Positions 48,880-58,262 of a DNA stretch of 64,000 nucleotides are shown one piece after another. The notes under the pieces are model-generated. The model ran no database searches. It was not told the origin of the DNA and saw only the letters and a program-made list of their open reading frames with translations. Origin of the DNA: a virus. The translations under genes were made by a program, and so were the position numbers. The DNA lies in IMG/VR virus record IMGVR_UViG_3300037249_000310, positions 3,997 to 67,996 of that record, one strand, 5' to 3'. How positions within the stretch are numbered: the first letter of the stretch is position 1; each line of letters starts with the position of its first letter.

Positions 48880-49359
48880 ATGGATATTATTCTTGTTGAA
48901 GGTATGGATGGAGCTGGTAAGTCTACATTCATAGACATGCTGCGTGCCAATAATAGCTCTTATGCATGTGCACATCTGACATACTTCGATGTATGCCAAA
49001 AGCCAAATGCTATCCTTAGATACACAGAGCTGTTTGATAGCTATGCTGGTAAGTGCAATACACTGATTCTCGACCGTGGCTGGTATTCTGATATTGTATA
49101 TGGCAATGTGCTGCGTAACAATCCAGACGTGTCCTATGCAGAGCTACGTGCAATAGAACATGCTGCTGTTGGTTACGGCAACTTAAGTATATTCTTCTTA
49201 AGTACAACAGTAGACACAGCCTGGAAGCGTTGTAAGCGCAGGGGCGAGGAGCTAATAAAAGATAAGCAGACACTTAAGAGCATTGCTGCAGCATATGCTG
49301 CTGAAATACAGTGTGCTAAAAAGTATTCACCTGCCAGAATCTACGAGGTAAAGACTTAA
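48880..49359 (+). CDS. thymidylate/dNMP kinase-like P-loop protein
   Basis: LVEGMDGAGKST, ILDRGWYSDIVYG, R..RRGE. Confidence 0.85.
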   Translation: MDIILVEGMDGAGKSTFIDMLRANNSSYACAHLTYFDVCQKPNAILRYTELFDSYAGKCNTLILDRGWYSDIVYGNVLRNNPDVSYAELRAIEHAAVGYGNLSIFFLSTTVDTAWKRCKRRGEELIKDKQTLKSIAAAYAAEIQCAKKYSPARIYEVKT

Positions 49360-50255
49360 TGGCATTCGGTAGAAGACGTGGCACAGCTAATGGGTATCTT
49401 AAGCGCAGAGACTTAGATCCATATATTGGTCCGCAGCAGTCAGATGTAGATGTCTGGCTTGCTGCATATGTACCACTTGAACTTTACTTTAAAAATAAGA
49501 TAGCTGCTGCACCACTCAATTATGAAGATATTTCACTTGAGTGGTACAAAGGCTATCCTATATTTGTAAAGCGTACCTGTGACAGATGCCAAAAAGAAAT
49601 TACGCCAGTAGGTCAACGAGTTCTTAAACCATTAGAGAATAAAGCTTTACCAGACTTTATGCCTATGTACTTGGAATCATGTCAGTGTAAAGACTGTATA
49701 AACTGTACAATTGTAGACCAGTACATGTATGATACCTATGGTACTAATCCACCGCTTTGGCATGAAGCTCGGCAAGTATTTTCTACATATGGTGGTGAGT
49801 ATGAAAAAGCTTGGCGTATAGTTTTGGCTAATGCACCAAAGATTCTAATGTCAGAAGAAGAATGGGAACACCGAGTTAACTTCTTTGGAGGATGCGCTTT
49901 CTGTGGTAGACCTATTGAAACCCGTGGATATTTCTTTCCCCGCCGTCTTAATGGTGAGTATGCACCATGGAATGTTATTCCACTATGTAGTGAGTGCATT
50001 GAATCACACTATAGAGGGCGCAATAAAATGGAAGGTGCAACACATAGATACAAAGTATTTTCAAACCCGCAAGTGTTTACAAAGTATAAAACAATACGAA
50101 TGTATCTACTAGCACAGATGGCATACCATAATATTTGGATGGAACCATTATTGCCACATATGGCAAGGTTCCTTGAAACCAAGACACTTAAGGGTAGCCG
50201 ATTAGATGGCCTATATGGTACTAAAAAAGAAATGGAGGCTTTGATGAATGTTTAA
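49359..50255 (+). CDS. Cys-rich protein with a degenerate HNH-like domain
   Basis: EEW...FFGGCAFCG...NVIPLCSEC; catalytic His absent. Confidence 0.65.
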   Translation: MAFGRRRGTANGYLKRRDLDPYIGPQQSDVDVWLAAYVPLELYFKNKIAAAPLNYEDISLEWYKGYPIFVKRTCDRCQKEITPVGQRVLKPLENKALPDFMPMYLESCQCKDCINCTIVDQYMYDTYGTNPPLWHEARQVFSTYGGEYEKAWRIVLANAPKILMSEEEWEHRVNFFGGCAFCGRPIETRGYFFPRRLNGEYAPWNVIPLCSECIESHYRGRNKMEGATHRYKVFSNPQVFTKYKTIRMYLLAQMAYHNIWMEPLLPHMARFLETKTLKGSRLDGLYGTKKEMEALMNV

Positions 50256-50586
50256 GTTCTTAACTACTGAACAGATGACAGATATCCGCATAAGTGCGAT
50301 GAGAAGTAGCATGCAAAGCATATCAACTGCAGCTGCCTCAATAGATGAGTTATCTAAGCACTGGCATGTGATGCCGGATGTAATTCATGCTATGCTTGTA
50401 CTGAATAACGACGGCTTTAATAATGTATCAGATATAATGCAGGATGTAATTGATCTCAGTAGATCAAAGAATGATTTACCTGATAATGAGAAGCTACTCA
50501 GCATACTTAAAAGCTGCATATCAGAGAAATCTCTGCTTGCTTTAAAGGTTTACAGATCTGAATTAGGAGGTTTAAATAATGAATAA
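50248..50586 (+). CDS. hypothetical protein
   Basis: ORF with GGAGG RBS in the operon. Confidence 0.7.
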   Translation: MFKFLTTEQMTDIRISAMRSSMQSISTAAASIDELSKHWHVMPDVIHAMLVLNNDGFNNVSDIMQDVIDLSRSKNDLPDNEKLLSILKSCISEKSLLALKVYRSELGGLNNE

Positions 50587-51067
50587 GTATACTGCACGAT
50601 TAACGGTGTTTATGAACTTTTTAACAAGCCTGGCACTTCTCAGTAAATGCCAAGATAAGAAGAATGCTGCCATTCTGTGTGACGAGCATCTTGAACAGAT
50701 CTACTCTATAGGTCTTAACGGTGGACCTAAGGGTGGCATCGACTGCTTATGCTCAATGGGCTTAAAGTATACTTGTGTACATGCCGAGGCGCAGGCTTTA
50801 ATGAAAGCACCAGCACCTAACAACGGGCCAATGTGGCCAATGATGCTGTGTACTATGAGCCCATGTGTTACCTGCGCAACAATGATCATTAACTATGGGG
50901 TCCACAAGGTCGTATATGTAGTTGACTATAAGAGTGATGCTGGCATCAGGATTCTTCTTGATGCTGGCTGCTGTGTTTATCAGTATGTAGATGCAGAGCA
51001 CATCTACAGACTCTGGGTAGAGCCTGATGGCAAAATAAACAAAGAACTGCGTGAAAGAATTGTATGA
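50579..51067 (+). CDS. dCMP deaminase family protein
   Basis: SIGLNG, HAEAQAL, SPCVTCA motifs. Confidence 0.9.
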   Translation: MNKYTARLTVFMNFLTSLALLSKCQDKKNAAILCDEHLEQIYSIGLNGGPKGGIDCLCSMGLKYTCVHAEAQALMKAPAPNNGPMWPMMLCTMSPCVTCATMIINYGVHKVVYVVDYKSDAGIRILLDAGCCVYQYVDAEHIYRLWVEPDGKINKELRERIV

Positions 51068-51073
51068 TGCAAG

Positions 51074-51131
51074 CATGTAGTGCAGTACTAAAAAAGAAGA
51101 GGTTTTTTATAGTATAAAAATATGATATAAT
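51074..51131 (+). promoter_or_regulatory. early/middle promoter motif, copy 3
   Basis: CATGTAGTGCAGTA...GGTTTTTTATAGT...TGATATAAT upstream of polA. Confidence 0.75.
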
Positions 51132-51197
51132 ATAATTAAGGAAGTAATAGATGCAGCGATGCATCACACTTCTATTTAAAACAGGAGGTCATGATAA

Positions 51198-53237
51198 ATG
51201 GCAATCAAGAAAAAGCAAGGCCTAAGCAACATAAAGCAAAGAAGCTGGCTTAATTATTCACCAGAAGCGGTTCAGGCATGTGCGCATGATAACTTCATCG
51301 AGTGTACTGCTGAATACTGCTTAGAGCATATTAAGCCTGCAGAAATTCCGGGGCTGCCCGGCAAATGGATATGCTTTGATACTGAGACAGAACCTACTGG
51401 TATCCCAGCAAATAGAATGCCATCGAATGTTGTGCGTAGATGGATAAAGCGAGGCAGCAAAGAAATCCCGAATGATTTTCCGTTCTGCTACTCTATCTGT
51501 GACGGTACCACAAGTTATGTTATCTATGATTCTTGGACAACAGGCTTCAAAGAGCTTAAGAAGTTAAGACCATTGCTTGAAGACCCTAATATCAATAAGT
51601 GTGGTCACAATTTAAAGTATGACCTGCATATGGCTAAGAACAGTGGTGTTAACCTTAATGGTATAATATTCGATACCCTGCCTGCCTCTAAGATATGTAG
51701 AGCTTGGGCACTCACACACTCACTGCTTGATAATGCAAAAGAAATTGATGAAGGCGTTTGTGAGTTTGAGTTCATGGTAGACAGCTACAAGCAGCAGTAC
51801 AAAGTCACTAACTATGCTTTGATTGATAGAGATCTTATGACTCAGTACACAGGCGCTGATACATGGAATGGTTTCTACGTATGCAAGCGACTTGTAAGAA
51901 TAGCTCAGGACCACGCTGATGACGGCTGGTTTAAGCTTTGTCTACTGGAGAACGAAATTATCAAAATAACATACTTCGCAGAGCGTGAAGGTGTACTGAT
52001 TGACCCTGAATATGAAGAGCCACTTATGCAGGCACTTAAGCAGCAAGCTGAAGACGCAGAAAAGAAAGTGTATGAGACTGCTGGCTGCTTCTTTAATATG
52101 AACAGTGGACAGCAGCTTGAGAGTGTATTGGTTAAATTAGGCTACAGCGATTTGATTAAATACAACAAACCTACTGACACCATGCTTGCAAAAGGTGTTA
52201 CAAAAGGTAACCCTAAGTTCCGTAAGGAAGACAAAGAGCGTATGATAAATGACGGCTGTAAGATTCTTGAGGACATTCAGTTATACCAGAAAGCTGAAAA
52301 GCTACTCAACTCATTTGCTGTTAAGCTCTACACAATGAAAGATGCTACAAACCGTGTGCACTGCTCATTTAACACAGTAGAGGCTAAGACTGGTAGATTT
52401 TCGATCTCACAGCCATCATTCCAGAACATGCCTCGTCGTGGTGAGTCAAGAATACGTAAAGCATTTATTGCACCAGAAGGTTACACAATCTACGAGCTTG
52501 ACTATGCTTCACAGGAGTCAAAAATCATGGTTCACTACAGTAGATCTGAGTACCTTATCGAGGCACTACATGCCGGTAAAGATATCCACAAGATATTTGC
52601 ATCAATGATATTTGACGTACCATATGAGAATGTTACTAAGGACCAAAGACAGATTGCAAAGTCAGTTGAGTTTGCTATTGTATATGGTGCGGGTGCCGCT
52701 AAGGTATCTTCAATGTCAGGTATCAGTGTAGATGAAGCAAAGCAGGTAATGGCTGACGTGTATAAAAGAATGCCAGAAGTCAATGCCTTCATAAAAACGG
52801 CCAATAAAGTTGCTAAAGAACGTGGCTGGATAAAGACGGTAGCAGGACGCCAAGTATACACTGAAAAAGAACGTGAGTATGCTTGTGTTAACTATATAGT
52901 ACAGGGTTCAGCTGCTGACTGTACAAAGGTAGCGTTACGTAGAATTAATAAGTATCTGCGTGCTAATGGTTATAAGACCAAGTTCGTTATTCAGGTTCAT
53001 GATTCTTGTATGTTCTACATTAAGGACAGCGAAGCTGATATAGTAATTCCTAAGCTACTGTGGTTAATGGCAGAGCGTGACCTGTTTAGAGTTCCTATAA
53101 CTGCTGACTGTGGTATGTCAGTAGATGGTACTTGGGCTGGTAAAGAAGATAAAGACATTAAGCCTGAGCCTCCAACACCGGAAGAGCAGGCAAAGATGGA
53201 TGCATATAATATATGGGAGGATTCATATAATGAGTAA
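51198..53237 (+). CDS. polA: family A DNA polymerase with 3'-5' exonuclease
   Basis: FDTET, GHNLKYD, Y...D, TGRFS..QP.FQN, DYASQE, RQIAKSVEFAIVYG, NY.VQGSAAD, QVHD. Confidence 0.95.
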   Translation: MAIKKKQGLSNIKQRSWLNYSPEAVQACAHDNFIECTAEYCLEHIKPAEIPGLPGKWICFDTETEPTGIPANRMPSNVVRRWIKRGSKEIPNDFPFCYSICDGTTSYVIYDSWTTGFKELKKLRPLLEDPNINKCGHNLKYDLHMAKNSGVNLNGIIFDTLPASKICRAWALTHSLLDNAKEIDEGVCEFEFMVDSYKQQYKVTNYALIDRDLMTQYTGADTWNGFYVCKRLVRIAQDHADDGWFKLCLLENEIIKITYFAEREGVLIDPEYEEPLMQALKQQAEDAEKKVYETAGCFFNMNSGQQLESVLVKLGYSDLIKYNKPTDTMLAKGVTKGNPKFRKEDKERMINDGCKILEDIQLYQKAEKLLNSFAVKLYTMKDATNRVHCSFNTVEAKTGRFSISQPSFQNMPRRGESRIRKAFIAPEGYTIYELDYASQESKIMVHYSRSEYLIEALHAGKDIHKIFASMIFDVPYENVTKDQRQIAKSVEFAIVYGAGAAKVSSMSGISVDEAKQVMADVYKRMPEVNAFIKTANKVAKERGWIKTVAGRQVYTEKEREYACVNYIVQGSAADCTKVALRRINKYLRANGYKTKFVIQVHDSCMFYIKDSEADIVIPKLLWLMAERDLFRVPITADCGMSVDGTWAGKEDKDIKPEPPTPEEQAKMDAYNIWEDSYNE

Positions 53238-53433
53238 AGCTGCACAAAATTTCATGTTCAAGTGTGACCCAGAAAAGAATATTGAGTGTAAGAAGACTGG
53301 CTGCTACTTAAATGGTGGTCCATGCAAGTATACTCGATACATGAAGTACGCAAAGGACCCATCAAAGGTTACACTAATAATACCTACTGATGGAAAGGAG
53401 CTGCCTAAAAATGGACGCAAACACAACGTATAA
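53230..53433 (+). CDS. small Cys-rich protein
   Basis: CDPEKNIECKKTGC...GPCKYT; GGAGG RBS before ATG 53230. Confidence 0.65.
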   Translation: MSKAAQNFMFKCDPEKNIECKKTGCYLNGGPCKYTRYMKYAKDPSKVTLIIPTDGKELPKNGRKHNV

Positions 53434-53923
53434 TCTGCTACATGCAGTAGTTAAATTCAGGGCTGCATATAATGATTTAGCCAAAGAATATAAATCAGCT
53501 TATGATGCTGATCTTTCTGAAGAGTATCCACTCGGTGCTTTTGATATCTTCGACCCGGATGTAGTTGCTGCCACAACTGCATGGCTTAATCACCATGCAA
53601 CTAAGCTTATCAATAGTCTGCCAGACCGTGTCATCAATCCAAGCTGCATTGAGTGTCTCATGCTGGAAAGAGAGAACCTGAAAGCAGATACAATTGCTCC
53701 AAACATAAAGCCAAATGGCTGTTGCAGTTGTAAATACTCTGACTGCTGCATGTATCCATTTATTACATTCGACAGTACACAGATAAGACACTATTTAGCT
53801 ACACAGAAAGCTTGTGCTACTGTACAGCTTAAGCCAAATGTAAACTACGATGACACAGCTATAAGAGTGCTGTACAAGCAGCTGCTTAATGAGCTGCACA
53901 TTAAAGATACCTACATTAAGTAA
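53411..53923 (+). CDS. hypothetical Cys-containing protein
   Basis: AAAGGAG RBS; ORF in the operon. Confidence 0.7.
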   Translation: MDANTTYNLLHAVVKFRAAYNDLAKEYKSAYDADLSEEYPLGAFDIFDPDVVAATTAWLNHHATKLINSLPDRVINPSCIECLMLERENLKADTIAPNIKPNGCCSCKYSDCCMYPFITFDSTQIRHYLATQKACATVQLKPNVNYDDTAIRVLYKQLLNELHIKDTYIK

Positions 53924-53940
53924 TTGAAAGGACGATTTAA

Positions 53941-54687
53941 ATGAAGAAGTTATCAACACGACTGCGCCCTGAGAGGCGCGTATTAATATCATCGATCTGC
54001 TCAGCATGCCTATCTAGCACTGCTCTAATAATGGGACTTGTAAGATGTTCTACAAACACTGTTGGACTACAGAATGAGGTTGCTACTGGCATGAGCTATA
54101 GCACAAGCATAAGTACAACAACAAGCACTACTACGAGTACCACCACAAGCACAAGCACAACAGGCACCACAACTACAACAAGTACAATAAGCACCACAAC
54201 TACAACAAGTACTACAACAAGTACCACAACGAGTACCACAACGAGTACAAGTACAACAACCATGCCGGCTGTAACAGAGATTGTAACAGAGCCTATGGCA
54301 GAAGTTATGACAGAACCTATCCCAGAGCCTGCACCAGTAAATCAGGCATATATCTCTGATTACGAGCATACACTGCTGTGCAACATAGTTGCAAATGAGT
54401 ATGGTAGCGACTGGGTATCTACATATGACAAGGCCTGCGTAGTGGCCACTGTCATGAATAGAGTTGCTGATCCAAACTTTCCTTCAACAATTGAAGGAGT
54501 ACTGACACAGCCCTATCAGTTCAGCGGTTACTATTGTACAGGTGTATATTATCCTACTGTTACACAGAGCTGCATTGATGCAGTAGATTACTACTTCGCA
54601 CATCAAAGTGAATTTCCATACTACTTATACTTTGATGGTAATCACTATGCAGCAGATGGCAGTGGTCCATACAATTACTTCAGGTGA
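53941..54687 (+). CDS. SleB/CwlJ-like cell wall hydrolase (Hydrolase_2) with membrane anchor and Thr/Ser linker
   Basis: LLCNIVANE, VATVMNRV, FPSTIEGVLTQPYQFS, YLYF, NYF motifs. Confidence 0.88.
   Translation: MKKLSTRLRPERRVLISSICSACLSSTALIMGLVRCSTNTVGLQNEVATGMSYSTSISTTTSTTTSTTTSTSTTGTTTTTSTISTTTTTSTTTSTTTSTTTSTSTTTMPAVTEIVTEPMAEVMTEPIPEPAPVNQAYISDYEHTLLCNIVANEYGSDWVSTYDKACVVATVMNRVADPNFPSTIEGVLTQPYQFSGYYCTGVYYPTVTQSCIDAVDYYFAHQSEFPYYLYFDGNHYAADGSGPYNYFR
54100..54262 (+). repeat. low-complexity ACA/AGT repeat encoding a poly-Thr/Ser linker
   Basis: About 50 codons of STTTT-like repeats. Confidence 0.9.
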
Positions 54688-54692
54688 GACTT

Positions 54693-55034
54693 ATGAATAG
54701 ACCTTCAGAGCAAATATATGAGGCTGTATATAATCTTTATCCAGCCTCATTAAATCAACAGCTGCATGATAATTGGCGTAGAAAAGTGAACTCCATGTCT
54801 TGGAACCAAATATATGGAATCTACTATTCACGTGTAGTACGCAGCCCACAAAATCAAAAGCAAATGGCTTGTTCATTTGCTAAAAACAGTAAAGTCAACA
54901 GTATTTGGCATGAGAGCACACAGTATGTATGCGCAGTATGCGGTGCACAATATAAGCGTGACAACCCAGACTTAAAGTATTGCGAATACTGTAATTCTAA
55001 ATTTGAAGAGGAGAATGAAAATGGAATTCATTGA
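54693..55034 (+). CDS. Zn-ribbon protein
   Basis: CAVCG...CEYC at the C-terminus. Confidence 0.7.
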   Translation: MNRPSEQIYEAVYNLYPASLNQQLHDNWRRKVNSMSWNQIYGIYYSRVVRSPQNQKQMACSFAKNSKVNSIWHESTQYVCAVCGAQYKRDNPDLKYCEYCNSKFEEENENGIH

Positions 55035-56031
55035 TATTAAGAGCATAACAGTAGACACTGCAGTAGACACTGCTTTAATGGTATACTCCGCAAGTATACT
55101 TAAGACAAAAACTGATAAGCCTTATCTGCTTGCAGAACTCGGCAATAAAACTGGTAGAATAGCAGCTACATGGTGGAAGCTTCCACCAAACTACAAAGCT
55201 CCTGCAGAGGGCACTGTATTGCATGTCGCAGGCACAATAACTGCATACAACGGTAATAAGCAGTTAAACATAACCAATGCTGTAGTATATGGTGACCCAT
55301 ATCGTGAGGAAGACTTTGCAATTGAAGTATCTAATCGCATCGCAGCAGCTGAGTTTAATAGCATAATAAGTGGCATACGTGAAGAGCTCCAGATGCATGA
55401 TGCACCTCTTCTGCTTGCTATATTTGATGACATTCTTGAAACCTATGGGGCTAATATGCTGACTGCAACGGCTGCAGTAGGTATACACCATGCAGGCATA
55501 GGCGGCTGGGCAAAGCACACCTCAGAGGTTGTATACTATGCACAGGCTATCTACAGTACACTACCTGCAGCTATACAGTCAAAAGTACGTAAAGAGCTTC
55601 TTCTGCTTGGTGCCTTTTTACATGATATTGGTAAGCTCAATACATATAAGTTTGAGTCTGGTGTACCTACTCATACAGAGACCGGTAAGTTCATAGAGCA
55701 CATTGTAGAAGGTGTAGCAATTGTACGAGAGGCCATGCATAGAGTGCTTAATGATATTCGCTGGGTAAATGAATCTACTATATCACTTGGCATGCAGATA
55801 CGTGCTGTGAAAGCACTTGAGCATATAATAGCAGCACATCATACTGAGCTTGAATGGGGCTCACCAGTAAATCCAGTGTTACTTGAAGCTGTAATCGTGT
55901 GTCATGCTGATCAGTTATCAGCTTCGTTAGATACAATCAATGATGCTATTGATGCCTCTACTGAGCCATGGACTGCAAAAATTTATACAGAGCATAACAG
56001 AGCATTTACAACATCAAGAGGTGACGTATGA
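55021..56031 (+). CDS. YhaM/Cbf1-like 3'-5' exoribonuclease (OB fold + HD domain)
   Basis: N-terminal OB fold (KPYL..LGNKTG...YNGNKQL); AA..HH..GG..H, LHDIGK, H, AHH..EWGSP, EA....AD. Confidence 0.88.
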   Translation: MEFIDIKSITVDTAVDTALMVYSASILKTKTDKPYLLAELGNKTGRIAATWWKLPPNYKAPAEGTVLHVAGTITAYNGNKQLNITNAVVYGDPYREEDFAIEVSNRIAAAEFNSIISGIREELQMHDAPLLLAIFDDILETYGANMLTATAAVGIHHAGIGGWAKHTSEVVYYAQAIYSTLPAAIQSKVRKELLLLGAFLHDIGKLNTYKFESGVPTHTETGKFIEHIVEGVAIVREAMHRVLNDIRWVNESTISLGMQIRAVKALEHIIAAHHTELEWGSPVNPVLLEAVIVCHADQLSASLDTINDAIDASTEPWTAKIYTEHNRAFTTSRGDV

Positions 56032-56696
56032 TGGAACAGACACAGAAACTCTGCATTCAGTGCTTACGACAGCTACCACTTACACAGTTTAAAACCTACA
56101 AGACTAAGAGTGGTATAAAGTACAGAAATCGCTGTCATCAGTGTACCTACAATAACAACCGCTTTAACATACTGGCAAGAGAACGCACAAAGCATCAGCT
56201 ATCAGAGGACGACGCAGTAATCTTTGATACTACTCTTCAGTTATTTGATACCTATGATTCCATGGGTGGTGATATAGGTAGCGGTGAGTATAATAAGATG
56301 CGTAACAAAGTACAGCATGAAGCTACTCTTGAAGAACAGCTTGCACAGGCACAGGCCTTATGTGCTAAGAAAGTAGATGTTACGGAATACACTGATACTG
56401 CCAGATACTTAAAAGACATCAATACATCAAAGATAGATGCTGACTTACTGAAGCTCTTATCACAGCCTATGACAGAATGGGTTGAATGTAAATATAAGCC
56501 ATCATTCCTGCGTAGCATCAGCACAGACTTAAAAGCTAGGCTGCTACGAACAGAAACTGGAATCAATCTACAAGTAGATAATCATCTTGCCATTAACAAG
56601 TTAACCTCAAAGGTATGGGACTACGAAGAATATTTGGCAGCTACATTCAGTGATGACCTACCTGACTGGCTTGCTGGGGAGGAGCTAATTGTATGA
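56028..56696 (+). CDS. hypothetical protein with N-terminal Zn finger
   Basis: CIQC...LPLTQF...CHQC. Confidence 0.7.
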   Translation: MMEQTQKLCIQCLRQLPLTQFKTYKTKSGIKYRNRCHQCTYNNNRFNILARERTKHQLSEDDAVIFDTTLQLFDTYDSMGGDIGSGEYNKMRNKVQHEATLEEQLAQAQALCAKKVDVTEYTDTARYLKDINTSKIDADLLKLLSQPMTEWVECKYKPSFLRSISTDLKARLLRTETGINLQVDNHLAINKLTSKVWDYEEYLAATFSDDLPDWLAGEELIV

Positions 56697-56878
56697 GTTA
56701 TGCACTGTACAACAGTAAGCCTCTAATGCGTAGTAGATGGGACCTACGAAGATACATCAGTGAAGGTGCCCGCAACATGGTAATATATGTAACGCAAGAC
56801 GTATTGAATGAGCTTACTTCTGATGATGAAACAATGCTTCTTGATGCTAACAGCATACTATATCGCATTTGGTTATGA
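56693..56878 (+). CDS. small hypothetical protein
   Basis: GGAGGAG RBS; ends just before a terminator. Confidence 0.55.
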   Translation: MSYALYNSKPLMRSRWDLRRYISEGARNMVIYVTQDVLNELTSDDETMLLDANSILYRIWL

Positions 56879-56891
56879 TACATACGAGCTG

Positions 56892-56925
56892 AGGGGACTT
56901 TTATAAGTCCCCTTATTATTTTTAT
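56892..56925 (+). terminator. intrinsic terminator
   Basis: AGGGGACTT/AAGTCCCCT stem with a T-rich tail. Confidence 0.75.
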
Positions 56926-57076
56926 TTATCGTGACCTGTAACCGATTTATTTTTTATTATATGGGCCCCGATGGCCTTTATAATATAATTACCCTATTAA
57001 TAATAGGGGGCCTTAAAACGTGATTTAAAAATGTTCTTCATATTAACTAATTAACAATTTATTAATATTTTCTTAT

Positions 57077-57112
57077 CTGGCATTATGAGAATAATATGAA
57101 CGTAATATAATA
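57077..57112 (+). promoter_or_regulatory. putative late-type promoter (CTGGCA-N18-CGTAATAT)
   Basis: Same spacing as the motif at 780, 2092 and 6583. Confidence 0.45.
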
Positions 57113-57159
57113 TGAGGACAGAGAGTCCTACTTATCAAAAATTTTTGGAGGTTTATATT

Positions 57160-57690
57160 ATGGCTGATAAAATATGTAAATGCTGCGGTGCTACAAAACC
57201 TGTGGAGGCTTTTAGTCTCGGAAACAATAGACGACCTATTGGTGTGTGCAAGGACTGCCGTAGACAACAGCAGATAATCGCAAACTACAAAAATGTCCCG
57301 GCTGCTGACTTAACAACACAGCAGGCACTACGCTACCAGATGGCCCTGGAGTATATGGACAGATGCAAAAATACTACCGGCTTTGTAACCGGCAAGTATT
57401 CCAGTAAAATTGGAACACCTACACCAAGCGCTCCGAGTCCTACAAACCAGAGCATTAAAAACTTAGCGTCTAAGTATGTAGCTGCCCAGCAGCACAGAAA
57501 ACAGTTAGAAGAGCTTGGCGTCCCTGTACAGGCACCTACTGCAGAAATGATTCGTACATGTACAGCAGAGTTCTTAGTAGACTGTGGCTACACACAAAAA
57601 GAATGCTTTGATATATTAGATAATGTGATTACAAGCAATGATCCAGAGTATGATACAATCTGGGAAAAATTAATCTGTATACCTACATAA
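57160..57690 (+). CDS. hypothetical protein with N-terminal Zn finger (origin-adjacent, monocistronic)
   Basis: KICKCCG..KPVEAF...CKDC; GGAGG RBS. Confidence 0.75.
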   Translation: MADKICKCCGATKPVEAFSLGNNRRPIGVCKDCRRQQQIIANYKNVPAADLTTQQALRYQMALEYMDRCKNTTGFVTGKYSSKIGTPTPSAPSPTNQSIKNLASKYVAAQQHRKQLEELGVPVQAPTAEMIRTCTAEFLVDCGYTQKECFDILDNVITSNDPEYDTIWEKLICIPT

Positions 57691-57694
57691 GCGT

Positions 57695-57724
57695 AAAGGC
57701 CAGTTTGTCTGGCCTTTCTTATTT
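57695..57724 (+). terminator. intrinsic terminator
   Basis: AAAGGCCAG/CTGGCCTTT stem with a T-rich tail. Confidence 0.7.
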
Positions 57725-57931
57725 ACTCACATCGCCCCATATTATATGATATGACCAGGGTACCAATGTAAAAATTTTTGAGTAATATGATTATGTTATG
57801 AGTACTGGAGAGGGCGACTCACATCACCCCATATTATATGATATGACCAGAGTATCTATGTGAATAAAATTAACTGTTATGAATATGATATGAGTATTAC
57901 TCACATCACCCCATATTATATGATATGACCA
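57725..57931 (+). repeat. three direct copies of a 33-bp iteron-like core ACTCACATC(A/G)CCCCATATTATATGATATGACCA
   Basis: Copies at 57725, 57817 and 57899. Confidence 0.92.
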
Positions 57932-58026
57932 TACTACCTATATAAAAATTTTTGAGTAATATGATTATGTTATGAGCACCTGCTTTGCTACGGTAATCAT
58001 TTCTTTTTGCTTGGAATGTTGTTCCA

Positions 58027-58258
58027 AGCAGTTTTATCTATTAATTAAATATTATATAAATATATATTCATAACAAAATTATATTATAATTATATAAATA
58101 AAATACTATTCTATTCTACTAAGAATAGAAAGCTATTCCGAGCAGTTTTATCTATTAATTAAATATTATATAAATATATATTCATAACAAAATTATATTA
58201 TAATTATATAAATAAAAATACTATTCTATTCTTTTAAGAATAGAATCTTCAAGCAGTT
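58027..58258. repeat. two ~112-bp extremely AT-rich tandem units
   Basis: AGCAGTT... unit starts at 58027 and 58141, with a partial third at 58252. Confidence 0.9.
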
Positions 58259-58262
58259 CTTA

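Noticed and set aside
51198-53237. DpoZ / 2-aminoadenine (Z-genome) system
   Set aside because: No PurZ is present; the HD protein carries an OB fold and looks YhaM-like rather than DatZ-like.
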